From Chloroflexota bacterium (GTDB taxonomy: Bacteria > Chloroflexota > Limnocylindria > QHBO01), in NCBI GenBank assembly GCA_038040195.1, contig JBBPIR010000001.1:489141-553140 (forward strand): 64,000 nt of DNA, in the 5' to 3' direction. Shown piece after piece: positions 1 through 8,768 of this stretch. Each line of letters starts with the position of its first letter. Positions within the stretch are counted from its first letter, which is position 1. The translations under genes and the position numbers were made by a program. The notes beneath the pieces were generated by a model, which was not told where the DNA came from, searched no databases, and was given only the letters and a program-made list of their open reading frames with translations.

Positions 1-39
1 CCGCTCGCGTTTCCGCACTGACCACGAGGGCTGCGTTCG

Positions 40-1005
40 TTGACCGATCCCCCCGCGCCTCCCGCTGATGAGCCCCTCCGCGGCGAGCTGGCAGACGAGC
101 TGACCGACGCCCTGCAGCGGGTTCCCGAGACAGCCGGTCGCGACCTCACCTTCGTCCCGCTCTCAGGCGGGATCACCAACCGCAACTTCCTGATCACGCT
201 GGCCGGCGAAGCCGATCGGTACGTCATCCGCCTGGCCGGGAACGACACCCACCTGCTCGGCATCAGCCGCGAGGTCGAGCACGCGGCCACCGTGGCCGCC
301 GCCGGGGTGGGCGTCGGGCCCGAGGTGGTGGCCTTCATCCGGCCCGAGGGCTACCTGGTGACGCGCTTCATCGTCGGCACCCCGGTCTCCCTGGAACAGG
401 TCCACGACCCGGCGACCCTGGCCCGCGTGGCGGACTCCATCCGCCGCATCCATGGCGGCCCGGCCATCCCCGGCCTGTTCGTCCCGCTGCGCGTGGCCGA
501 GGCCTATCGCGCACTGGCGGCCGCGCGCGGCGTCCCCGATCCCGCGGACTGGGAGGCGGCCTACGCCGCCGGCCGCCGGATCGAGCGGGCCCTCCTCGAC
601 GCTCCGCTGCCCCTCCATCCGTGCCACAACGACCTGCTCAACGCGAACTTCATCGACGATACGGAGCGGATCCGAATCGTGGACTGGGAGTACGCCGGGA
701 TGGGCGATCCCTTCTTCGACCTGGGCAACTTCAGCATCAACCACGAGCTGACCGCCGACGAGGATGCGGCGCTCCTGTCCGCCTACGACCGGACCGATGT
801 GCCCGATCCCGCCCGCCTGGCGCGAGTGGCCCTGATGCGGGTGGTCTCCGACTTCCGCGAGGCGATGTGGGGCGTCCTCCAGCAGGCCATCAGCACCCTC
901 GACGTGGACTTCGTCGAGTACGCCGACGGGCATTTCGCGCGCCTGCTGCGCCACGCGGCGGAGCCACGCTTCGAGCGGGCCTTGACCGAGGTCGAGGGTG
1001 GCTGA
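40..1005 (+). CDS. Phosphotransferase of the APH / choline-ethanolamine kinase fold
   Basis: 321-aa ORF. HNDLLNANFI and DWEYAGMGDPFFDLGN motifs are typical of this kinase fold. The start codon at 40 is TTG and uncertain. 8-nt overlap with the next gene. Confidence 0.7.
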   Translation: MTDPPAPPADEPLRGELADELTDALQRVPETAGRDLTFVPLSGGITNRNFLITLAGEADRYVIRLAGNDTHLLGISREVEHAATVAAAGVGVGPEVVAFIRPEGYLVTRFIVGTPVSLEQVHDPATLARVADSIRRIHGGPAIPGLFVPLRVAEAYRALAAARGVPDPADWEAAYAAGRRIERALLDAPLPLHPCHNDLLNANFIDDTERIRIVDWEYAGMGDPFFDLGNFSINHELTADEDAALLSAYDRTDVPDPARLARVALMRVVSDFREAMWGVLQQAISTLDVDFVEYADGHFARLLRHAAEPRFERALTEVEGG

Positions 1006-3424
1006 CGCCGTCCGGGTGGTCATCATCGGGGGCGGCGTCGGCGGCACGGCCATCGCCTACCACCTGGCGCGGCTGGGCTGGACCGATGTCGCCCTGGTCG
1101 ATCGGGCCGAGCTGACATCGGGATCGACGTTCCACTCGGCCGGCCTGGTGGGGCAGCTGCGGGCCAGCCCGACCCTGACCCGGATGATGGTCGACTCGGT
1201 GGCCACCTACCGCCAGCTGGCCGCCGAGACCGGGGTCGACCCCGGCTGGCGGGAGGTCGGTTCCCTCCGCCTGGCGTCTTCGCCGGAGCGGATGGAGGAG
1301 CTGCGCCGCCAGGCCGGTTGGGCCAAGGCCTACGGCCTGGAGATGGAGCTCGTGTCGGCCGATGAGGCTCACCGGCGCTTTCCGCTCATGTCGACCGACG
1401 GCGTCCTGGGCGCCGCGTGGCTGCCCACCGATGGCTATCTCGACTCTTCGGGCCTGACCCAGGCCCTGGCCGCCGGCGCCCGCCAGAACGGGGTGTCCAT
1501 CCGGGCCCGGACCCGGGTGACGGGGATTGCCGTCGAGCGTGGGCACGTGACCGGCGTCGAGACCGAGGAGGGGCCGATTCGATGCGAGGTGGTCGTCAAC
1601 GCCGGGGGCATGTTCGCGCCCGAGATCGGCCAGATGGCGAATGTGACGGTGCCCAGCATCCCGTTCGCGCACCAGTACCTGGTGACCGAGCCGATTGCCG
1701 GCGTCACGGCCGACCTGCCGCAGCTGCGCGACCCGGACAACCTGGTGTACTTCCGGCCCGAGGTGGCCGGGCTGGTCATGGGCGGCTACGAGCGGAATCC
1801 GGCGGCCTGGGGCCTGGACGGGATCCCGGCCGACTTCAATGGCAAGCTCCTGCCGCCGGACTGGCCGCGATTTGAGGAGATCAGCCGCGGCGCGCAGCGG
1901 CGCGTGCCCGCCATGGCCGAGGCCGGAGTCCGACAGGTCGTCAACGGCCCGGAGGCCTTCACGCCCGACAACGAGTTCATCCTCGGCGAGTCCGAGGTGC
2001 GCGGGTTCTTCGTGGCGGCCGGCTTCTCGGCCCACGGGATAGCCGGCGCTGGCGGGGTCGGTCGCCAGTTGGCCCGCTGGATCGTGGACGGGGAGCCGGA
2101 GTACGACCTGTGGAAGATGGACATCCGCCGCTTCGGGGCCCAGTACCGCTCGCGTGACTACACCCTGGCACGCGCTCACGAGAACTACGCGACGTACTAC
2201 GACATCCATTACCCGAAAGAGGAGCGCCAGTCGGCCCGCCCGCTGTGGATGTCCCCGACCTACTCCCGGCTGACGGAGCTGGGCTGCGCGTTCGGCGAGA
2301 AGTCGGGCTGGGAGCGGCCGAACTGGTTCGACGCCAACGCCCCGGCCGGCGACGAGTCCCTTCGCCCGCGGGGCTGGGCCGGAATGCACTGGTCGCCCGC
2401 CATCGGCGCCGAGCACCAGGCCACCCGTCAGACCGCCGCCCTGTTCGACGAGACGAGCTTCTCGAAGATCGAGATCAGCGGCCCAGGCGCGCTGGCCTTG
2501 CTCCAGCGCCTGTGCGACAACGACGTCGACCGGGCGGTGGGCCGCATCACCTACACCCAGATGCTGAACCGGCGGGGCGGGATCGAGTGCGACTTCACGG
2601 TGACCCGGCTGGGAGAGGATCGGTTCTTCATCGTCACCGGCACGGCCTTCGGCAACCACGACCTGGGCTGGATCCGCTCGCATGCGCCGAAGGACGGATC
2701 GGTCCAAGTGGCAGACGTCACCTCCGCCTGGGCGTGCCTGGGCATGTGGGGCCCGCGAGCCCGCGACATCCTGGCATCGGTGAGCGCGGATGACGTGTCG
2801 AACGAGGCGTTTCCGTACCTGACGGCGCGGAACATCTCGGTCGGGCAGGCGCCGGTGCAGGCGTTGCGAGTCACCTACGTCGGGGAGCTGGGCTGGGAGC
2901 TGTACACCCCCATGGAGCACGGGGCGGGGCTGTGGGACACGCTGTGGGCGGCGGGGCAGAGCCACGGGATGGTGGCCGGAGGCTATCGGGCCATCGACAG
3001 CCTGCGGCTGGAGAAGGGCTATCGGGTGTGGTCGAGCGACATCACCCCTGACGACAACCCCGACCAGGCGGGCCTGGGGTTCGCGGTGCGGATGAACAAG
3101 GCTGTCCCGTTCATCGGTCGCGAGGCGTTGCTGGCGGCACGCGACGCCGGCCTTGATCGGCGCCTGTGCTGCCTGGTGCTGGACGAGCCGTTGGCGGTGG
3201 CGCTGGGCAATGAGCCGATCCAGGTTGGGAGCGCGGTGGTGGGCCGGGTGACGAGCGGGGGCTACGGGTTCACGGTCGCGGCCAGCATCGCCTACGGCTA
3301 CCTTCCGGTGGAGCTGGGCGCGGTCGGCACCCGGGGCGAGGTCGAGGTCTTTGGGGAGTGGGTCGGCTGCACCGTGAGCGCCGAGCCGCTGTACGACCCG
3401 GAGGGGCTCCGGATCAAGTCCTGA
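998..3424 (+). CDS. FAD-dependent dehydrogenase fused to GcvT-like aminomethyltransferase domain (dimethylglycine/sarcosine dehydrogenase family)
   Basis: 808 aa. N-terminal VVIIGGGVGGTAIAYHLA dinucleotide fold. C-terminal T-protein-like folate-binding domain (GGYRAIDSLRLEKGY). GTG start at 998. Confidence 0.85.
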   Translation: MADAVRVVIIGGGVGGTAIAYHLARLGWTDVALVDRAELTSGSTFHSAGLVGQLRASPTLTRMMVDSVATYRQLAAETGVDPGWREVGSLRLASSPERMEELRRQAGWAKAYGLEMELVSADEAHRRFPLMSTDGVLGAAWLPTDGYLDSSGLTQALAAGARQNGVSIRARTRVTGIAVERGHVTGVETEEGPIRCEVVVNAGGMFAPEIGQMANVTVPSIPFAHQYLVTEPIAGVTADLPQLRDPDNLVYFRPEVAGLVMGGYERNPAAWGLDGIPADFNGKLLPPDWPRFEEISRGAQRRVPAMAEAGVRQVVNGPEAFTPDNEFILGESEVRGFFVAAGFSAHGIAGAGGVGRQLARWIVDGEPEYDLWKMDIRRFGAQYRSRDYTLARAHENYATYYDIHYPKEERQSARPLWMSPTYSRLTELGCAFGEKSGWERPNWFDANAPAGDESLRPRGWAGMHWSPAIGAEHQATRQTAALFDETSFSKIEISGPGALALLQRLCDNDVDRAVGRITYTQMLNRRGGIECDFTVTRLGEDRFFIVTGTAFGNHDLGWIRSHAPKDGSVQVADVTSAWACLGMWGPRARDILASVSADDVSNEAFPYLTARNISVGQAPVQALRVTYVGELGWELYTPMEHGAGLWDTLWAAGQSHGMVAGGYRAIDSLRLEKGYRVWSSDITPDDNPDQAGLGFAVRMNKAVPFIGREALLAARDAGLDRRLCCLVLDEPLAVALGNEPIQVGSAVVGRVTSGGYGFTVAASIAYGYLPVELGAVGTRGEVEVFGEWVGCTVSAEPLYDPEGLRIKS

Positions 3425-3447
3425 CCCCCGCCCGCCAGGGTTGGCGC

Positions 3448-4185
3448 TCAGCGCGCGGCGTACTCCCGGGCCGCGGCCAGGAACGAGGCCCACAGGTTCT
3501 CGAACTCGGGCGACGTGAACTCGGTCCGCTCGGGATGGCTCTGGACTGCCATCAGCCAGCGGTCCGGATCGGTGTCCTCCAGGGCTTCCACCAGGTCACC
3601 GTCGGCATGCGCGCTGTAGCCGCTAATGCGCAGGCGCTGCCCCACCTGTTCGGGCCGGATGGCCTGGTGGTGGTAGGTGTTTACCGAGGCCACTGTCTCG
3701 CCCAGGATCACCTCGAGCCGCGTGCCGGGTTCGATGTCCAGGTCATGGGAGGTGGCCTCCGGCGCGGGGTACGCGGGGCTGGTGTGGCCCTCGAGGTCCT
3801 GGACCAGGGACCCACCCCGGAAGACGTTGATGGCCTGCATCCCGCGGCAGATGCCGAACACCGGGACGCGGCGCTCCTCGGCCACGGCGAATGCGGCCTG
3901 CTCAAGGGCGTCGCGACCGGGCTCCACCACGGTCGTCGGGTGCGGCTCCTCGCCGAACAGCGCGGGGTCCAGGTCGGCCCCGCCGGAGAGGAGCAGGCCA
4001 TCCATGGCCACGAACGCCGCCTCACGCTCGGCGGGGCTGCTGTCCTCGTTGAGGACGATGACCTCGCCTCCGTGCCGCCGCACCCCCTCGAAGTAGCGGT
4101 CGTTCTTGCGCCACGCCACTTCTTCGTTGCGCGCGTGCTCCGGCGACTGCACGGTGACCACGATCCGCGGGTTTCGCTGTACCAC
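3448..4185 (-). CDS. Class I glutamine amidotransferase / peptidase C26 (gamma-glutamyl-GABA hydrolase-like)
   Basis: 245 aa. Nucleophile elbow GICRGMQ and His-Glu region AVQSHPERT. Confidence 0.8.
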   Translation of the reverse strand: MVQRNPRIVVTVQSPEHARNEEVAWRKNDRYFEGVRRHGGEVIVLNEDSSPAEREAAFVAMDGLLLSGGADLDPALFGEEPHPTTVVEPGRDALEQAAFAVAEERRVPVFGICRGMQAINVFRGGSLVQDLEGHTSPAYPAPEATSHDLDIEPGTRLEVILGETVASVNTYHHQAIRPEQVGQRLRISGYSAHADGDLVEALEDTDPDRWLMAVQSHPERTEFTSPEFENLWASFLAAAREYAAR

Positions 4186-4237
4186 GGCCCGATCTTACGC
4201 GGCCCGGGCACCCTTCACGCTTCGCCCGCGTGCTGGG

Positions 4238-4504
4238 TCACATAGGCCGTCGTCGACTGGTCACCATCTGGAACAGGAAGACGACGATGATCGCGCCCAC
4301 GGTGGCGGCGACGAGTGTCGAGATGTTGATGCCGGTTGTGTAGTCCTCGCCGGTCAGCGAGCTGAAGAGGAAGCCCCCAAGCACGGCGCCAACGATGCCG
4401 GCCACCAGGCCGCCCAGCCATCCATAACGCTCGTCACCAGGAACCACTTTGCTGGCGATCCAGCCGGCAATTGCCCCCACCACTAACCACGCAATGATGC
4501 TCAT
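4238..4504 (-). CDS. GlsB/YeaQ/YmgE family small stress membrane protein
   Basis: 88 aa. MSIIAWLVVGAIAGWIASKVVPG opening is typical of the family, with 3 predicted TM helices. GGGAG Shine-Dalgarno upstream. Confidence 0.8.
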   Translation of the reverse strand: MSIIAWLVVGAIAGWIASKVVPGDERYGWLGGLVAGIVGAVLGGFLFSSLTGEDYTTGINISTLVAATVGAIIVVFLFQMVTSRRRPM

Positions 4505-4529
4505 GTCTCCACTCCCTTCGGTTTGCCGG

Positions 4530-4742
4530 TCAGCCGAGAGATCGGATCACCCACGCGCTCGGGGCGGGGGCGGGTGGCTCTTCAGCCGGAGGTGCGGTCG
4601 TTCCGCCCCCGCTGCCACCCAAGAGGAAGTACCACACGATGAAGCCGATGACCAGGATCGCCACGACAAGCCCGACGATCATGCCGGCTCCGTAGCCACC
4701 TGACGAGCCATCGCTCGGAACGTTGACGTTCGTCTGTCCCAT
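4530..4742 (-). CDS. Small single-pass membrane protein, hypothetical
   Basis: 70 aa with one hydrophobic helix (MIVGLVVAILVIGFIVWYFLL). GGAGG about 11 nt upstream of the ATG. No recognisable family. Confidence 0.4.
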   Translation of the reverse strand: MGQTNVNVPSDGSSGGYGAGMIVGLVVAILVIGFIVWYFLLGGSGGGTTAPPAEEPPAPAPSAWVIRSLG

Positions 4743-4857
4743 GGGCCGATAAACCTCCGTGCTCTGGGGCGACTGGTGTCGGAACTAACGCCCGTGAGAT
4801 CATCGAGTGGGACGCTGGCTTCGTCAAGCCCTTAGGTCCCTCCTGAGCACGGGTAAA

Positions 4858-4881
4858 GATGCAAACTGCAAGGATGCAAAC
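4858..4881 (+). promoter_or_regulatory. Direct repeat GATGCAAAC x2 (15-nt period) upstream of the metallopeptidase gene
   Basis: GATGCAAAC at 4858-4866 and 4873-4881, 16-39 nt upstream of the ATG at 4897. A function as a binding site is inferred only. Confidence 0.3.
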
Positions 4882-4896
4882 CGGATTGAGGACGAG

Positions 4897-5745
4897 ATGA
4901 CCTTCGAGCCAGGCGCGCGCCTCGACCCCGGGCAGGTCCGTGACGTGCGAGGCAAGGGAGGCGTGCTGGCGGTCGGGGGTGGCATCGGCGGCGTGATTCT
5001 GCTGGTTCTCTTTGTCGCGCTGGGCGGCGACCCGTCCCAGCTGCCGCCGGGGCTGCTCGAGGGCCAGACGGTCGGCACCGGCCAAGAGAGTGACCTGACG
5101 GAGGAATGCCAGACGGGGGCGGATGCCAACCTGCGCGACGACTGCCGCATCGTCGGCTACGTGAACAGCGTCCAGGCCTACTGGACTGAGGCCGTGGACG
5201 GCTATACCCCGGCCCTGACCACGTTCTTCACCCAGGCGGTCAACACGGGCTGCGGCACGGCCTCGAGCGCGGTCGGCCCCTTCTACTGCCCGCCTGACGA
5301 GAGCGTCTACATCGACCTCGGCTTCTTCGACCAGCTGGAGACCCGCTTCGGCGCCGAAGGTGGGCCCTTCGCCGAGGCGTACGTCATCGCGCACGAGTAC
5401 GGCCACCATATCCAGAACCTGCTCGGGGACCTCCAGCCTGGCGGAGGAACGGGTGCCGAGAGCCATGCGGTGCGCACCGAGCTCCAGGCCGACTGCTACG
5501 CGGGGGTGTGGGCCAGCAATGCGGTTGAAACGGGCTACCTGGAGCCGATCACGCCTGAGCAGGTCGCCCAGGCGCTCGACGCCGCCTCAGCCATCGGCGA
5601 CGATCGGATCCAGGAGCAGACGCAGGGACAGGTGAACCCCGAGACCTGGACGCACGGCTCGTCCGAGCAGCGTCAGGCGTGGTTCCGCGTCGGGCTCGAC
5701 AGCGGCGACCCGAACGACTGCGACACGTTCAGCGCCGACATCTAA
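4897..5745 (+). CDS. Neutral zinc metallopeptidase (YpfJ-like), membrane anchored
   Basis: HEYGHHIQ zinc motif and an N-terminal TM helix. I chose the ATG at 4897 ([14 protein letters not shown]...) rather than the upstream ORF start at 4807. Confidence 0.8.
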   Translation: MTFEPGARLDPGQVRDVRGKGGVLAVGGGIGGVILLVLFVALGGDPSQLPPGLLEGQTVGTGQESDLTEECQTGADANLRDDCRIVGYVNSVQAYWTEAVDGYTPALTTFFTQAVNTGCGTASSAVGPFYCPPDESVYIDLGFFDQLETRFGAEGGPFAEAYVIAHEYGHHIQNLLGDLQPGGGTGAESHAVRTELQADCYAGVWASNAVETGYLEPITPEQVAQALDAASAIGDDRIQEQTQGQVNPETWTHGSSEQRQAWFRVGLDSGDPNDCDTFSADI

Positions 5746-5809
5746 CTGAGTAGCCGCCCTCGACCGATGAGCAGAAGGCCCTGCTCGTCGAGCGCTTCCG
5801 GCAGTGGGT

Positions 5810-6805
5810 TCAGCCGCTCGCCGCCGCCGAGGCCGCGGAGGCTCCGAACGTCAACCCGCGCTCCAAGCCGGCCTGCACGACCTGATAGGCGATGAGGAGT
5901 TGCGTGAGCGCCAGCGGGTCGGAGTGCCGCTCCACGCTGCCGTCGAGGTAACTGCCGATCTCCCCGGGACGGAGGTGACGATGCGTCTCCATGTGCGCCC
6001 AGATTCGCTCATCGAGCTCGAGAGAGCGTGAGGGCGAAACCGCTCCGTCGATCTCCAGGATGGAAGCGCCCGTAGCGTCCGCCTCCTGCTCGAGGCGAAT
6101 CGGGGGTGGCTCGTCCGCGGCGGCGCTCGCCAACACGTCGCCGAGGTCGAGCCGAGGAAGCCCAGGGCCGAGCCTGAGACGCACGTTCAGATGGGCGTCG
6201 TGATCGACGGCGGTTCCGGCCCGGAAATAGCCGGCCGGTGGGTAGAACTGGACGAGCATATCGGCGTACGCGCGCTGGGGTGCGAGGTACCGCCGATGGT
6301 CATCGCGCCTGTCGACGATCTGGCGGATGACTTCCGGCACGCTGTATCCGCGCTCCGCGCAGTCCCGCTTAACCTTCCAGGCCCACTTCAGCTCCTCCTG
6401 CGGCTGCAGCCACACGCGAACATCAAACGCGTTTCGCAGGTTCGCGGTCATCAGCGGAAAGAGGCCGCGGATGACGACGATCTCGCGCGGCTCGACATCC
6501 TCGCGCTGGCCGAAGGTCCCCGTCGAGTGGTCATAAGTTGGCTTCGAGATGGTCTCGCCGCGTGCAACAGCGGCGACCTGTCGCGCCATGAGCTCAATGT
6601 CGTTCGCGGCCGGGTTGAGGGCGGTCACGCCGAGCCGCTTGCGCTCTGCTCGGTCCAGCTTGTGGTAATCGTCGAGGCACAGGTTGGTGATCCGCTCCGC
6701 GCCGAAGATCCGATACAGGCCCCTGACCAGCGTCGTCTTGCCGCTGCCGCTGTCGCCTCCCACGGCCACCATGATCGGGCGATGGAAGTTCGTCGCCGCC
6801 ATCAA
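5810..6805 (-). CDS. prk: Phosphoribulokinase (class II / cyanobacterial-archaeal type)
   Basis: 331 aa. P-loop VAVGGDSGSGKTTL, plus DDYHKLDR, KPTYDHSTG and KWAWKVKRDCAERGYS patterns of PRK. The start codon abuts the rbcL stop with no gap. Confidence 0.85.
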   Translation of the reverse strand: MMAATNFHRPIMVAVGGDSGSGKTTLVRGLYRIFGAERITNLCLDDYHKLDRAERKRLGVTALNPAANDIELMARQVAAVARGETISKPTYDHSTGTFGQREDVEPREIVVIRGLFPLMTANLRNAFDVRVWLQPQEELKWAWKVKRDCAERGYSVPEVIRQIVDRRDDHRRYLAPQRAYADMLVQFYPPAGYFRAGTAVDHDAHLNVRLRLGPGLPRLDLGDVLASAAADEPPPIRLEQEADATGASILEIDGAVSPSRSLELDERIWAHMETHRHLRPGEIGSYLDGSVERHSDPLALTQLLIAYQVVQAGLERGLTFGASAASAAASG

Positions 6806-8143
6806 TCAGAACCTCACGCCCGACCACAGGTCGAGCGCCTGGCGCAATTCGGGGCAGGTACGCGCCGCGTGCGCGAGCGTCTGCCCGGCGGCCACCGCCT
6901 CCACCGCAACCCGCGCGGCGGTGGCACCGGCCCGGCTGCCGCCCGGATGGCCGTGCACGCCTCCACCGAACAGGAAGAAGGCGTCCGTCCCGAAGACCTC
7001 GTCGAGCTGGGGAACGTGGCCCGGGTGCAACCCGCCTGAGGCGACGGGAACCAGGGGCTTGAGCTCGCCCCAGGCCTGGTCGAACAGCGTCCCACCCCCG
7101 GCCGGCGCGAACGCGGCGGTCATCATTCGACGCCGCTCGCCCATCTCCTGGATGGTTCCCTCCAGCTTCCCGACCCCGGTGCCGACGTGGACGTGGTCCG
7201 CGCCCATCAGCCGCGCCCACTTGGCGATGACCAAGAAGTCCACGCCGTGGTCGGGGTGGCGATCCATCACCGCATGCATCGCCCGATGCGCGTGCAGCGC
7301 CAGGCCCAGCCGCTCGGTCTCCGCACGCAGCGACGCAGTCGCCGCGAAACCCGCCGTCAGGAAGTCGACCATCACGAACCGGCCGCCCTCGTCGGCCACC
7401 AGGTTGGCGCGGCGAAGCATCTCGCTGGTCTCGGCGGCGGTGACGTTGGCCCAATAGCCCTTGCGCTCCCCGGTCTCGGCCTCCGCGCGTTGCACGAGCT
7501 CCAGTGTCCGCCGGATGCGCTCGTCGAACGGCGACCAAGCCTGACTGTTCAGGTTCTCGTCGTCCTTGACGGTGTCGATCCCGCCCCGCAGCGTCTCGTA
7601 GGCGCGCCGCGCATGCTCGGCGGGCGAGAGCCCCAGTTTGGGTTTGATGGTAGATCCGGTCATCGCCCGGCCATGAACGTTCAGCTTCTCCCGGACGCCG
7701 GAGATGCCGAACGCAGGCCCTGGGAACGATTCGACCAGGGGTAGGGGGATACGCATGTCGAGCAGGCGAAGCGCGCTCACCGCCTTGAACCCAAAAACGT
7801 TGCCCACCACGCTGGACAGGATGTTGGGGATGCTGCCGAACTCGAACAGGTCAATCGGGTACGCGATCAAGGCGACGTCGGCGGCGATCCGGTACACCCG
7901 CGCCCGGAGCTGGTAGGCCAGGCCCTCGTCATCCTCGCTCACCTCGGTCCAGGTCCCCGTCGAGGACTCGGCCGCCACCGCCGCCGCGGCCTCCTCCATC
8001 GAGGTGTCCTCACGCGGGGCGAGCTTGAACGCAACCAGCAAGTCAGTCGCGGCGGGAACGTAGTCGAGGGCCAGATACAGCTCTTGGTACGAATGAACCC
8101 CACTGGTCCGCTCAGGTCCCGTCTGCGTTGAAGGCTGGGTCAT
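6806..8143 (-). CDS. rbcL: Ribulose-1,5-bisphosphate carboxylase/oxygenase large subunit (bona fide, not RLP); form III-like or form I-prime-like
   Basis: 445 aa. All catalytic motifs are present: ESSTGTW, GNVFGFK, IKPKLG, GGIDTVKDDEN (carbamylated Lys), HAHRAMH, HVHVGT, GKLEG, SGGLHPG and FGGGVHGHP. No small-subunit gene is adjacent. Confidence 0.9.
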   Translation of the reverse strand: MTQPSTQTGPERTSGVHSYQELYLALDYVPAATDLLVAFKLAPREDTSMEEAAAAVAAESSTGTWTEVSEDDEGLAYQLRARVYRIAADVALIAYPIDLFEFGSIPNILSSVVGNVFGFKAVSALRLLDMRIPLPLVESFPGPAFGISGVREKLNVHGRAMTGSTIKPKLGLSPAEHARRAYETLRGGIDTVKDDENLNSQAWSPFDERIRRTLELVQRAEAETGERKGYWANVTAAETSEMLRRANLVADEGGRFVMVDFLTAGFAATASLRAETERLGLALHAHRAMHAVMDRHPDHGVDFLVIAKWARLMGADHVHVGTGVGKLEGTIQEMGERRRMMTAAFAPAGGGTLFDQAWGELKPLVPVASGGLHPGHVPQLDEVFGTDAFFLFGGGVHGHPGGSRAGATAARVAVEAVAAGQTLAHAARTCPELRQALDLWSGVRF

Positions 8144-8413
8144 GGCACCGTGGCTCCCTCTTCGCTTCCCATCTCAGGCCTCCCTACACCTCCGCGGCCG
8201 CGTTGAATTATGGTCAGCCTGAGTGCCCTCGGCAGGTTCGAACAGGGCCGTTCGTACCGAAAACGCCCCGGCAACGAACCTTCGCGACACAGGATCAGCC
8301 GCACCGGCAGCCGTTGTCCAACCGCGCCGGCTCCGGTGGTGAGCGTCAACAGGGGCTCTGACCGAACAAACGGTCGAGGTCAAAGCCTTCTGGCCTGGCT
8401 TCGTGCTCGATGT

Positions 8414-8459
8414 TGGAGCCGAAGGTGGGATTCGAACCCACGACCGACGGTTTACGAAA
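8414..8459 (-). repeat. Truncated tRNA-Thr copy (3-prime 46 nt: anticodon loop to CCA), att-like direct repeat
   Basis: 46/46 nt identical to 16385-16430 of the intact tRNA-Thr. Beyond the anticodon loop the sequence (ATGCG...) cannot pair as an anticodon stem, and no D-arm or acceptor 5-prime strand is present. Confidence 0.85.
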
Positions 8460-8724
8460 TGCGGCCAGCTCCGTCCACTGGCGTCGTGTCATGCTCACTG
8501 AGAGTGGACGCCGCAGAATTGCCGTCCGCCGAAATCCGCAGGTAGCGCTCCCGTCCATCCCGTGGGGCGTCAGCAGGGGCGTCACCCGCTAGATGCAGCC
8601 CTGGAAACGTTGTCCAGGGCCTCGGCTGGGGCCGGCGGGACGAGAACTCCAGTCGGGCAACTGCGGGGAGTCTACGGGCGCCTTAAGGCGGGTGCCAGTT
8701 GGTGAGTGGGGTAGTAGACATAGC

Positions 8725-8768
8725 GGTCCGAAGTTGCCGGTAGCGCGGTATTGGTCAGAAGTTGCCGG
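8725..8768 (+). repeat. Two copies of the 16-mer GGTCNGAAGTTGCCGG
   Basis: GGTCCGAAGTTGCCGG at 8725-8740 and GGTCAGAAGTTGCCGG at 8753-8768. A third copy lies at 12679-12694. Confidence 0.6.

Noticed and set aside
890-3493. 867-aa ORF antisense to the kinase and dimethylglycine-dehydrogenase-like genes.
   Set aside because: The Arg/Pro/Gly-rich low-complexity translation is typical of shadow frames in GC-rich DNA. The opposite strand encodes clearly recognisable proteins.
6806-8143. RuBisCO-like protein (form IV, non-carboxylating).
   Set aside because: All active-site motifs are present, including KPKLG, the carbamylated Lys in GGIDTVKDDEN, HAHRAMH, GKLEG, SGGLHPG and GGG.
8414-8490. A possible second functional tRNA gene.
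   Set aside because: Only the 3-prime 46 nt are tRNA-like. The sequence after the anticodon loop cannot form the anticodon stem, and there is no D-arm or acceptor 5-prime strand.
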